Shown: positions 48,101-58,022 of the stretch, in pieces | Numbering within the stretch: the stretch's first letter is position 1 | How the letters are laid out: every line of letters begins with the position of its first letter | Source of the DNA: a virus | Lineage: Duplodnaviria; Caudoviricetes | Length of the DNA stretch: 64,000 bases | Direction: 5' to 3' (one strand) | Virus record (IMG/VR): IMGVR_UViG_3300029305_002203 | Coordinates: 31,565-95,564 of that record | Position numbers and translations under genes: made by a program | The notes under the pieces: generated by a model | Databases searched by the model: none | What the model saw: only the letters and a program-made list of their open reading frames with translations | What the model was told of the DNA's origin: nothing

Positions 48101-50210
48101 GCATTATCTGTCTTTGTTCAATTAATTCTTCTTTAACTTCATGAAAATGTTTTAAACTTTCTATCGCATCATTCTTTATGATATTAGTAGCAGCTTGAAT
48201 TTTTTCATATACATTATCGTCAGTGCTTGAAATTGTTCCTTTGTTATAAAGAATTTCATTAGTATACTTACCTTTTTTATCTTTGGCATATTCAACACCG
48301 TTTATTGCCAAAGTTTCTCTTTTGGATTTCATAGATTTATCAATACGATTTATTTCGTCTTGAAAATATCCCTTAAATTTCTTTTTAACACCATCAATTT
48401 CTTTTTCTGATGGAAACAAACTACCTTCATCAAATAAAGAAGAAAGTTTTTCTTGCCATTTTTCTAATGTTTCTCCATGACCAAACTTTGCATATTTAAT
48501 TCCATCAACTTCTGTATAATCGCTATAATATGCAGATTCTGTTAATGCAGATTTATCTCCGGATTTTAACTTTTTATTTGATTTTAATTTCTTGAGTTCT
48601 TGTTCTACTAATTGATCTCTTTCTAATGATTTAATTAAATATTCTGTAGTAGCAACAATGTCTTTTTTGTTTTGAAGCACTTCACCACGTTTTCTAGTTC
48701 TTAATAACTGGTCAACGTTATAAACATTGTCTACTGCCTTTTGTTCTTGCTCAACACTTTTCTTAAATTCTTCAGACTGCGTACCAGGAATACCTGTAGA
48801 ATTCCATTGAGAAAGAATTGTTTTAATATCAGAGAGAGTAGTTTCAGTAGCAATACCACTAGAAGGATCTATTGTAAGATTTCCACCCTTGAGGTTAAAT
48901 TCATTTTGATTTACAAACTGTTGATGTTCAATTTCTTCTGAAAGTTCTTTTGCTGATTGTTCAACAGTAGATTCATCAATTTTACCTACAACTTCGACTT
49001 CAATCTTTTTGCCATCTGTTTTAAGTTTAGCATTAATATTTTCAACTTCTTTATTAATATTATTAACCAAATCAGACGAATCAGCTTTAATTTTTAAATT
49101 AATACTATCAAATAAAACTTTTTCCGTATCTTTCCCTAAAGCCTTGTCAGCAGCAAGAGCATCATCTTTAAACATAGACTTATCATAAGTATATCCAATA
49201 GGGATACGGATAGGAGAACCTTCTAATCTTTTTTCTACCTTTTCAATTACATCATTTTGAATCTTGTTTACAATAGAGTCAATAGCAGTATTAGTGGGAT
49301 CTTCAATAACATATTTGAAACGAACTTCAGTAGGATTTTTTTTTGTACTATCTTTTGAAGTATCTTCTTCTATAACATCTGTCACATATTTTAATTCTTT
49401 TTGCCAATTCTTTAATATACTTTTGTCAATACCAGAAGATTTGAATAAAATGGAATTGATATCAATACTCTTATTTTTATCTGCTCTACTAAGTTTATTG
49501 ATATTATTCAAAACCATATTAATAACAGCTTTTACTTCATCAACTACTTCATTTTCATCTATTTCCATATCAATGACCATTTGTATCTTATTTCCCTGGT
49601 CACTATTCATCAACTTATTTAATTCTTTTAAAGAAGATTTTAAATTTTTTTCTAATTTATCAGTTTCAGTTTCTATCTTTTTAGAAGAATCTTTAATGCC
49701 TTTTTCCATTTTTTGAAAACTAGACGCATCAAAACTTCCATCCATAATATTTTGAACTAAAGTTGAAACATCTGTAAATTGAGATACGACACCATTAATA
49801 GTAGAAGATAACTCGTCAAACATCTTTCCAATTCCGGATGCAAAACCTTTTCCGGAATTAGGATCATTTAAAAAATCTAAAGATGACTGCAATTCTTTCA
49901 TCTTATCTTGAACACCATTTATTGATGTTTCAATAGATGATTGCATATCCTTAAACTCTTTAGACATTCTATCAGTGTCTATCTTTCCAAGATTTTCATT
50001 AATAGATTTAGTACTAGAAACAATTTCTCCTTTTAATCCATTTAATGATTCGCCAATTTTATCTATTTGAGACTGTAATCCTGCAGACAACCCTTTTTTC
50101 TTAGATAACTCGTCAAGTTCTTTTTCTAAAATATTTATCTGTTCGGTTGCCTTATCTGTTACAGCAGTAATTTCTATTCCATATGTTTTAATTACATCAT
50201 AATTCGCCAT
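42168..50210 (-). CDS. tape measure protein, 5' exon (2681 aa; unspliced ORF stops at 42126)
   Basis: long coiled coil; TP901-type TMP core near the end (MDAAMTELRKV, WARLGYS, NEIGNNFAIS, LKILSLRVRG). Confidence 0.92.
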
Positions 50211-50256
50211 ATAATATGCCTCCTTTATTAAAAAAGAGGCATATTAATATGCCTCT

Positions 50257-50874
50257 TTACTTATATTTATTCTTTATTTGTTTATATAACTTATCACATG
50301 CTTTTGAACCATTGGCTTCTTCCCAATGATTTACAAAATCACGCATGACAACATTCGGTACACCTTCTTTTGTTGTATAACTACCCATTGTTACTTTCGT
50401 TAAAAAGATGTTATGATATGGATCGTTCTGGCCACTCCAATATGGATTTCTCCATTTTTCACCTTCATTAAAATGATGATTGTAAAAACTATAACTATGT
50501 GATAAAGGATTTTTACCATATTTGGGTAAGCCACGAACACCCTTATTCCACATTAAATCAAATATGTTATCCGGTGTTGCATCTCCATTATAATGGTCAT
50601 CCATTCTAAAACTTCCTATAACAACACCTGCTTGATATGTGTTTGATTTAGAATTGTGATGATTTATCCCTTGTGGAATAATGCTATCATATAAGCCTTC
50701 CTGTCTATTATAAGAATTTTGGTCGTGCGCAGCATAAAAATTTGATATAATTTGATGATGTGCTTTTATCAAATCTTTCTCTGCTTGTTTTGCTAATTCA
50801 ATCGCAAAAGATGTTCCTATATTGCCTATCTCAGTTCTAATTTCATTAAATTGTTTTCTATAAGACTTGGTCAT
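50257..50874 (-). CDS. hypothetical tail-region protein
   Basis: ORF directly upstream of TMP. Confidence 0.65.
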   Translation of the reverse strand: MTKSYRKQFNEIRTEIGNIGTSFAIELAKQAEKDLIKAHHQIISNFYAAHDQNSYNRQEGLYDSIIPQGINHHNSKSNTYQAGVVIGSFRMDDHYNGDATPDNIFDLMWNKGVRGLPKYGKNPLSHSYSFYNHHFNEGEKWRNPYWSGQNDPYHNIFLTKVTMGSYTTKEGVPNVVMRDFVNHWEEANGSKACDKLYKQIKNKYK

Positions 50875-50878
50875 AGCA

Positions 50879-51292
50879 TCACAACCTTTCTAACTTAATG
50901 CGTTTATGTTCTAAATCATCCATATACATTTCCATTATTCCTAAACATATATCATATTCGGATCCTAATGCGCCTATAGTATAATTTAGCAAGTTATTTG
51001 AACACAAAATATCATAGCTATTTTCATCAACATCTAAATCTGTGTAAACAGATAGAAGAGTGGTAATGAACAACACATATTTTTCACAACTATTATATAA
51101 CAAATCACCACTTTCACTAATGTGAACAACTTTATTTAATATATCCAATATCATATCTTGTTTCTTTTTAAAAGATATATATTTTTTAAGATGGATTAAA
51201 TTTTTAATGATTTCGATTCGTTTTTCATCTGTCAAATCTTTTACGTCTTTTGTTTTTATATTGTATATATTTGCTAAATAAGAACAAGTCAT
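50879..51292 (-). CDS. putative tail assembly chaperone
   Basis: position upstream of TMP; YI.F.KK / YTDL..YD.L pattern shared with next gene. Confidence 0.5.
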   Translation of the reverse strand: MTCSYLANIYNIKTKDVKDLTDEKRIEIIKNLIHLKKYISFKKKQDMILDILNKVVHISESGDLLYNSCEKYVLFITTLLSVYTDLDVDENSYDILCSNNLLNYTIGALGSEYDICLGIMEMYMDDLEHKRIKLERL

Positions 51293-51293
51293 A

Positions 51294-51815
51294 TTATTTT
51301 TTAAACCTTTCTATGTTTCCAAGTAAATCAACTCTTATAGTATCCATTATTTTCTTTGTGTCTAAATTAGATATATAATCATTCAGTTCATCTTGTTTAT
51401 TCTTCATAAATGAAGATATGATATTTTTAATATATACTAAGACATATCCTACACTTGTTTTTTCTCTATAAATATCATTTAATTTACAGTCTAAGATTTC
51501 ATTGAATCTATCTAATTCATTTTTAATAAAATCTAAAGATAACAAGTTATTAATTTCATTCTTAGAACATAAATAATCATAACCATTCAGTCCATTAGAA
51601 TTTGTATCTGATAAATCTAAATTAGTAATATGCTCCATAAAAACTTGAAAACTAATTCTCTTTAATAGAGCAGTGTCTACATTTACTAATTCATTATGTT
51701 TTACAACTTGAGATAATATAACTTCAACTATTTCAACCTTATTTTCATAAGGTGTATAAAAAAGTTCCAAAGCACTTTTATTTTCTAAATATTCTTCAAT
51801 TCTTAATTTTTCCAT
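51294..51815 (-). CDS. putative tail assembly chaperone
   Basis: YTPYENK / ITNL..YDYL pattern; position. Confidence 0.5.
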   Translation of the reverse strand: MEKLRIEEYLENKSALELFYTPYENKVEIVEVILSQVVKHNELVNVDTALLKRISFQVFMEHITNLDLSDTNSNGLNGYDYLCSKNEINNLLSLDFIKNELDRFNEILDCKLNDIYREKTSVGYVLVYIKNIISSFMKNKQDELNDYISNLDTKKIMDTIRVDLLGNIERFKK

Positions 51816-51829
51816 AATTAAATCTCCTT

Positions 51830-52084
51830 TTATTCCGTTTCTTCATTATCTGAAACCACAATTGTTTCAGAATTTAAATACTTAATTTGGTCTGTTAATG
51901 TAACTGCGAGAGCAGTACATCTTTCCAACGTGTCCATTTCTTTTTCATTTATATCTGTTGAATCCATTAGTATAACTACGCTAGTTACCTTAGCTAATAT
52001 ATTTTGAATGCACGATTTTTCAAAATCCTCTTTAAAATCCCAAGATGGAATTTTTATCAAATCCTCTTTCTCGCAATTCTTCAT
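51830..52084 (-). CDS. hypothetical protein
   Basis: ORF with AGGAG RBS. Confidence 0.55.
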   Translation of the reverse strand: MKNCEKEDLIKIPSWDFKEDFEKSCIQNILAKVTSVVILMDSTDINEKEMDTLERCTALAVTLTDQIKYLNSETIVVSDNEETE

Positions 52085-52217
52085 AAAACTCCTTTACTTC
52101 AAACTCTGTAATTTCATATAAATTATTTTTATTATATTTTTCCATCATTTTTAATAGCAGACCGCCATACTTATCATCTTCCCGTCTAATCCTGTTAATG
52201 TAGTCCCACTTATCCAT
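52032..52217 (-). CDS. hypothetical protein
   Basis: ORF with AAGGAG RBS. Confidence 0.6.
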   Translation of the reverse strand: MDKWDYINRIRREDDKYGGLLLKMMEKYNKNNLYEITEFEVKEFYEELRERGFDKNSILGF

Positions 52218-52237
52218 TGCGGTCTACTCCTTTCTCT

Positions 52238-52435
52238 TTATCCTAATGTTTGATAATTATTCAATAAACATTCTTTACATAATTCTTCACCAGTATCATA
52301 TTCATATAATTCTTTAGGACTATATTCTTCACCGCAACAATCACAATAATATTCATATGAATCATCTCGGTAAGAACAATATGGCGCACAAGGTATATCA
52401 CAATGTATACAATTATCTACTTTCTTTCTCATCAT
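52238..52435 (-). CDS. small Cys-rich zinc-binding protein
   Basis: CIHC..C..C..CDCC..CKEC. Confidence 0.6.
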   Translation of the reverse strand: MMRKKVDNCIHCDIPCAPYCSYRDDSYEYYCDCCGEEYSPKELYEYDTGEELCKECLLNNYQTLG

Positions 52436-52436
52436 T

Positions 52437-52643
52437 TTACTCCTTATCTTTATACACCTGAAAATTCCAACACCAATCATCATTAGTCCATATAGTAAAA
52501 CTATCAGAATATGCTTCATATTTGACATGTTCAATTTGTGGATTTTTTTGCACATTTGATATTTCTAAATAAACAGAAGAGGGTAGTTGGTTATTATATT
52601 TTTTTATTTTTTGATCTATTTCCCAGGAATACACATAGACCAT
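52437..52643 (-). CDS. hypothetical protein
   Basis: ORF in operon. Confidence 0.6.
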   Translation of the reverse strand: MVYVYSWEIDQKIKKYNNQLPSSVYLEISNVQKNPQIEHVKYEAYSDSFTIWTNDDWCWNFQVYKDKE

Positions 52644-52648
52644 CCTTT

Positions 52649-53197
52649 CTAATCTGAACTGTATTTCTCTTTTATGTCATTAAAAAAAGAACCAATTTCA
52701 TATTTGAAATTTGTTCTTTTCTTTATCGACTCTATTTTAATAGGAGAGTATTTTAGTAAATCTAACATTGTAAAGCTTTTTTTATTTAAATTATTTATCA
52801 TTCTATCAAAATCATTTATATGTATAAAATATGTTAACTCTGTATAATCAGGGGTATCTTCTTTTACACGGTAATTCAAGATAAATCCCGGAACTATACC
52901 TTTATATTTTGCAAATTCTCTCAAACCTTCTATCTGATGATAATGTATCTTTGCAACTTTATTTGTTCCCTTTTCTTTTTCAAAAGTATAAAATTTATCT
53001 TTAGTTGTTTTCAGTTCTAACGCCAACAACATACCTTCTTTAAACAAAAATGCGTCACAAGGATTTTGCCAACTAAACCTTGTACCTTTATCTTGCGACC
53101 AACTTTGCGGTGCATCATGCAATCTATGATACATTACATTTTCCGGAACAGAAGATTTAAAATTATTTTCAAATTTCTTACCTACATTTTGTGCCAT
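52649..53197 (-). CDS. recU: RecU-like Holliday junction resolvase
   Basis: GKKFE, PCD, LELKTT, IHYHQI motifs. Confidence 0.75.
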   Translation of the reverse strand: MAQNVGKKFENNFKSSVPENVMYHRLHDAPQSWSQDKGTRFSWQNPCDAFLFKEGMLLALELKTTKDKFYTFEKEKGTNKVAKIHYHQIEGLREFAKYKGIVPGFILNYRVKEDTPDYTELTYFIHINDFDRMINNLNKKSFTMLDLLKYSPIKIESIKKRTNFKYEIGSFFNDIKEKYSSD

Positions 53198-53199
53198 AT

Positions 53200-53637
53200 T
53201 TATTTATCCTTTTTCTCCATAATTATCTTTCTTCTTAACTCATTACACGTTTCATAACCTTTTGTGTAAAACAATCTATCTACATATATAACCACTTCAT
53301 TAAAATCTACCTTGTTACCATCAAACCACTCAGTTCCAGGTATTCTAGCAAAATCATAATGATTATGACATGTTCCCTCTATACTCTGAATCCACGTACT
53401 AGGAGAGCAATATAAAGAAGTTATTTTTGAACCACCGCCATTGCTTCCTGATAAAGATTTAAGTCTTTGTATAATATTTGTCGTCTTCCCAATCTTTACA
53501 TTTCCATTTGAACTCAACATTACATATATGTATATTTGTCCGTCTTCAAGTATAGGTATAGATTTCAACAATCTAATATTCTCTTTTGTGTATATAATAG
53601 GATAGTAAGAGACTATTTCTTTTTCCTTTTTATCCAT
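53200..53637 (-). CDS. GIY-YIG/T5orf172-family protein
   Basis: YIYVM..VKIGKT..R..L, E..H, EWF. Confidence 0.75.
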   Translation of the reverse strand: MDKKEKEIVSYYPIIYTKENIRLLKSIPILEDGQIYIYVMLSSNGNVKIGKTTNIIQRLKSLSGSNGGGSKITSLYCSPSTWIQSIEGTCHNHYDFARIPGTEWFDGNKVDFNEVVIYVDRLFYTKGYETCNELRRKIIMEKKDK

Positions 53638-53652
53638 AATTTAATTTCCCTT

Positions 53653-54696
53653 TTACAAATCTGATAAACTAGATTTCTCTACTTGAACGATTCCATCTTC
53701 ATTGAAATATTTTCCAATCATTTCATCTGCTGATGTATCTGTATATAAATTAACCATATCAGCACTATCCCAACCAACGATTTCCTGTATAACATTTGAC
53801 GGAATATTGTTTTCAGATAAGCTAGTAGTATAAAGATGACGTAAGCTATGCCAGTAAAAGTCTTTCCCTAAAAACTTTGTAAAACTATCAGTCCAACTAT
53901 CCATTGTAGTAATATTCATCTGTTTATCATTATCCCATTCATTACCAACTTTTAAAGGGAATAACCATTCACTAGTAATTCCAAGTTTTTCTCTTTCTTC
54001 AAGCCATAATTTTAAGTATGGGTCGAACTGATTCTTTAAAACATATAAGTAAAGCAATTTACCCTTAGAACCTCTACCTTTAGTTACAACTTTTTCAGGT
54101 GTCTTATATAAAGAACCGAATATTACATTTTCATCTGTAAAATATGACACTTTAAAACGTGGAAGCTCTGCCTTTCTTCTTCCGGAACTATATGCAAGTG
54201 CAAGAACACACGCTTTCATATATTGCTCATTCTCAACTAAATAACCTAATAGATTTTGAATTTCTTCTGGTTCAAAAACTGTTTTCTCACGAACTGTTTC
54301 ATTAACTGGATTCTCTATTTTCTTAATTACAGAACGGTATCCTTCATATTCTTCTTCTTCATCTAAAATATTTTCAATAAAGTTAGAAAGAGACGAGAGT
54401 ACAGACTTTACTCGTCTTGTTCTTTTGGGACTCCATTGCCATTCATTGATTGCATAATTCTGAAATTTTGCAAATTCACGTTTGGTAATTTTAATAAATT
54501 CTTTGTTGTTATTGTTTTGTAAATTCCATACCCAGAATATATTTAAATCTTGTTCGTACTGATATATTGTAGTTTTAGCTCTATCTATTGATTTTAAATA
54601 ATCAATAAATTCTTTCATAAGATATAAATTTTCTTCATTAACTTGTGCCAACAACTCTGGTGTTGTTATATTATTATAAACTGTTTTTCTTGCCAT
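53653..54696 (-). CDS. second tyrosine recombinase within structural operon
   Basis: SGRRKAE, HSLRHLY, VGW..ADMVNLY. Confidence 0.9.
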   Translation of the reverse strand: MARKTVYNNITTPELLAQVNEENLYLMKEFIDYLKSIDRAKTTIYQYEQDLNIFWVWNLQNNNNKEFIKITKREFAKFQNYAINEWQWSPKRTRRVKSVLSSLSNFIENILDEEEEYEGYRSVIKKIENPVNETVREKTVFEPEEIQNLLGYLVENEQYMKACVLALAYSSGRRKAELPRFKVSYFTDENVIFGSLYKTPEKVVTKGRGSKGKLLYLYVLKNQFDPYLKLWLEEREKLGITSEWLFPLKVGNEWDNDKQMNITTMDSWTDSFTKFLGKDFYWHSLRHLYTTSLSENNIPSNVIQEIVGWDSADMVNLYTDTSADEMIGKYFNEDGIVQVEKSSLSDL

Positions 54697-54744
54697 TCGT
54701 TTCCTCCTTTTCTTCTGTGACATAAAAATAGAGTAGGAGATTCC

Positions 54745-54999
54745 CTACTCTGTATCATCTATAATCTCATATGTGATTTCTATTGGAACAACAACCAATT
54801 CAGTATCTAATCCTGTGTCAGAATAATAATAACCAAGAATCGAATTTGCCAACTTTTCACTCATTGTCTTTGTAGCGATTTCAATATCTTCTACAAAATA
54901 ATATTCTTTCTTAGCCGGTGTTTTCTTTAAATACAAAGTAGGAGTATCTAATGTAGCAATCACATACTTTCTTGTTTTCTTTTCTAAATATTTCTTCAT
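54745..54999 (-). CDS. hypothetical protein
   Basis: ORF in operon. Confidence 0.6.
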   Translation of the reverse strand: MKKYLEKKTRKYVIATLDTPTLYLKKTPAKKEYYFVEDIEIATKTMSEKLANSILGYYYSDTGLDTELVVVPIEITYEIIDDTE

Positions 55000-55009
55000 A
55001 ATTTATTAT

Positions 55010-55231
55010 TTACTCCAATTCATGCGCTAACCATTTTTGATATAAATCTTTTGTTTCTTCTCTAAGAAAAATATAAACAATAATATCTTTTCCATCTTCG
55101 CTTATACCGGGATACATATCAATTGGAAACACTCTATGTTTTACATATCTTTTATATTGCACCTCGTTTACAATTCTACATACTTCTTTTTCTGTGTATG
55201 GACGAGGCTTTAAATTTGATTCAATATTCAT
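55010..55231 (-). CDS. hypothetical protein
   Basis: ORF with RBS. Confidence 0.65.
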   Translation of the reverse strand: MNIESNLKPRPYTEKEVCRIVNEVQYKRYVKHRVFPIDMYPGISEDGKDIIVYIFLREETKDLYQKWLAHELE

Positions 55232-55320
55232 ATCCTTTTTCTCCTTTAAAGTAAAAAAAGGGGATATAACTCGAATAGTGAGTTACATCCCCTTTCTATA
55301 ATAAAATCACTATTCAAATA

Positions 55321-55710
55321 CTACTTTTTCTTGGTTGTTTTATATTTTGTTTTTTCAACAACTTCAATTTCTTCAACCATTGGTTCTAATTCTACATTAG
55401 TAGAAATAACATTTTCTTCTTCTTCGATTTCTACTTCTTTTTTAATTCCGTATGCTGCGTTAATTGCATCTATGAAATTTTCATTTAACTTATCCTTATA
55501 AGATAAATCACATTCATCAAATCTTGCTCTTACTTCTTCAATTGTAGCTGTCTGTGAATGATAACCAGATGCAGCACGGAATAACTTTTTACAATTCTCT
55601 GAGCAATAAATATTTCTCCACATTTCTAACTCTTTTGTTTCAGAGCATGTAGGACAAAATGTATATTTCTGTCCACAAACAATACATGTTTTATTATTCT
55701 TTTTAGCCAT
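55321..55710 (-). CDS. zinc-finger protein following tail tube gene
   Basis: CIVC..CPTC..YCSENC. Confidence 0.65.
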   Translation of the reverse strand: MAKKNNKTCIVCGQKYTFCPTCSETKELEMWRNIYCSENCKKLFRAASGYHSQTATIEEVRARFDECDLSYKDKLNENFIDAINAAYGIKKEVEIEEEENVISTNVELEPMVEEIEVVEKTKYKTTKKK

Positions 55711-55816
55711 ATTATATTTCTCCTTTATAAACTATAAATACTAAATGAGTCATATAATATGACTCTCAAAAGACTAGTAGGATTTGACACCTACTAGTCC
55801 TAAAATTATAAATTAA

Positions 55817-56602
55817 TTATTCTTCATCCTCTTCGGCAATGTATACACTATACAATTCCTTATCTGCTGAACAATAATTTACCTGCAAAGTACCCTTATA
55901 TTCCATCTGAGCATCTGTAGTAAGATTCAAACTTACTTCAGGAGATACCTGGAATGAAGGAAGAACAATGTAGCAAGCACGTAATGTGTCTGCACTACAA
56001 GGATCAACACAAAGAGCCTTTAATGTTAATCTTACAGTGCCAGGGAACTTGTCTGCTTTATTCTTAATAGCAACACCAGATTCTACATTTCTTGTATACT
56101 TAACAATATACTGAGTTTCAGCAGAATCTGTAGGAGGTGTAAGAACACCTGTGTCTTCTGCAAAACCAAATGCAGTAGTAGAAGCAGATGTAGACTGAGT
56201 ATAAGCCTTACCCATTGAACCATTTGTGCTCAATGCATTAACAGTTACTGTACCAGCAACAAAGTTTTTAAGTTCTACAGTTTCACCAGCCTTAACAGTG
56301 ATAATCTTAGGCATAGCAATAGCTAACTCACCTGCACCAGCATTAACTTTACCTTCACCAGAAGCTGCTCCAAGAATATTAAGGTTTAACATAGCGTTGT
56401 TAGCCGTAAACTCACCAGCCTTACCCTGGTAGAAACGCTTAATCAATGTACCTGTAGCATCAACTGCGTCCTTAGATTCTGCTGTAATATCAATAGTTGC
56501 ATCTGCTAACTGAGTTAAAGTGTAAAGTAACTCACCATCAAATGTTTCAGCAACACCGTACTGAATTCTGTCAATAATAATGTCATCTAATTTAAATGCC
56601 AT
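55817..56602 (-). CDS. major tail (tube) protein
   Basis: beta-rich, highly expressed codon usage, position between neck genes and TMP. Confidence 0.7.
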   Translation of the reverse strand: MAFKLDDIIIDRIQYGVAETFDGELLYTLTQLADATIDITAESKDAVDATGTLIKRFYQGKAGEFTANNAMLNLNILGAASGEGKVNAGAGELAIAMPKIITVKAGETVELKNFVAGTVTVNALSTNGSMGKAYTQSTSASTTAFGFAEDTGVLTPPTDSAETQYIVKYTRNVESGVAIKNKADKFPGTVRLTLKALCVDPCSADTLRACYIVLPSFQVSPEVSLNLTTDAQMEYKGTLQVNYCSADKELYSVYIAEEDEE

Positions 56603-56668
56603 AATTTTTTTCTCCTTTCAATTTTTAAAATAAAAAAGAGAGCACTTAAGCTCTCATTAATAACTTAT

Positions 56669-57436
56669 TTATTTGTCATCAATGTCTCTCATAAAGTTGA
56701 ATAGTTTTTTATCCACTTTAGAAAGGTCACACATACCTGAATACATTCCTGAATTCAAAGCAACAGTGCTTTCATATATTTGCAATCTTTGAACACTATC
56801 CATAAATTGAACAATACCAACTTCTCTTAATTCATTTAAGTTATATTTAAATCCCGGATGATTTACACAGGAAGACACAAGTGGAAGTAACGTTGATTTA
56901 GAACCCTCATTTTGTACTTTTACCAATTTCTCACGTTCTTCTTCAATAATCCATTCCTTTGTAGTTTTTCCTTTTGCTTTCTCTACTTTGGGATATATAT
57001 TAAACATTGACCTTAAATATTCCGAGATGTGTTTATATGTATCTTCATCTATTTCAATAACTTGCTCTTGATTATATAAAGTAATAACAGTAGAATCGTT
57101 TTCTTTATATGAATAAAGTTTAAATAAACTAAAATCAATGTCACCAAACAAAATACTTGTAGCATTGATATTCAAAAATCTAATCAAAGAACAAAACAAT
57201 TCATAATCTGTAATATTATTCCAATCAATGCCTGCATCCCACAATTGAACTCTATAAGAAGTTGGGTTTGATACAAATACATGTAACATTGAGTAAAACT
57301 CTTTTTCACCAAATATCAATATATCATCTATTGTAGGTTGATTAATAGTGATTTGACCTTGTTTACAGTTAATAGTATATGGTTCTCCGAAATACATTTT
57401 AAGTTTATCAAAATCAAATTTTGGTGAATCTGTCAT
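56669..57436 (-). CDS. conserved neck/tail-region protein
   Basis: MTDSPKFDFDKLKMYFG start after GGTGG RBS. Confidence 0.6.
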   Translation of the reverse strand: MTDSPKFDFDKLKMYFGEPYTINCKQGQITINQPTIDDILIFGEKEFYSMLHVFVSNPTSYRVQLWDAGIDWNNITDYELFCSLIRFLNINATSILFGDIDFSLFKLYSYKENDSTVITLYNQEQVIEIDEDTYKHISEYLRSMFNIYPKVEKAKGKTTKEWIIEEEREKLVKVQNEGSKSTLLPLVSSCVNHPGFKYNLNELREVGIVQFMDSVQRLQIYESTVALNSGMYSGMCDLSKVDKKLFNFMRDIDDK

Positions 57437-58022
57437 ATTTGTTACCACCACCTTGTACACTATTAGGTGCTTCGATTTTGAATTTAACAGTTCTTGCGTA
57501 ATATTTACTATCAATAATATCTTGAAAATCATTTACACATTTTAATTGCATACCTAATGCGTTAGTCCAACACAACAAGTCCTTAATAATATAGCCCAAC
57601 AAATCATGTCTAGGTATTTTGTATTCGGTTTCCATATCATCTTCATGAACTAAACACATTACAATTAAATATTGATTTTTAATAACATTATTGGTATAAG
57701 AAACATCACTATCATCCATATCAAACATAACAAAATTCAGCACCTCTTTTTGCAAACCATTAAGTTTCAACCAAGGCACAATTTGCTTGTGCTGAATTTT
57801 TTCGTTATAATCTTCAATTTCTTGACGTTCTTTTAGTTCTTCCTCTGTTGGATTGTTTTTATCAGCAAATTTATTCAAAGGCCTTTTAGGTTTTTGACCT
57901 AAAATTTCAATTAAATCAGGGTCTTCATTAAACATTTCTTCCAACTTCTTCTTCTTCCAAATAATGTCGTTATTCTTTGTGTCTTCTAAATCCCTTGTAA
58001 TTTTTCCTATATCTCTTATCAT
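57414..58022 (-). CDS. putative tail terminator/completion protein
   Basis: position; RHDLL..II motif. Confidence 0.5.
   Translation of the reverse strand: MIRDIGKITRDLEDTKNNDIIWKKKKLEEMFNEDPDLIEILGQKPKRPLNKFADKNNPTEEELKERQEIEDYNEKIQHKQIVPWLKLNGLQKEVLNFVMFDMDDSDVSYTNNVIKNQYLIVMCLVHEDDMETEYKIPRHDLLGYIIKDLLCWTNALGMQLKCVNDFQDIIDSKYYARTVKFKIEAPNSVQGGGNKYDRFTKI

Noticed and set aside
18766-49716. Numerous short opposite-strand or alternate-frame ORFs within TMP and tail genes
   Set aside because: Ser/Phe/Leu-rich antisense shadows of coiled-coil coding sequence, no RBS
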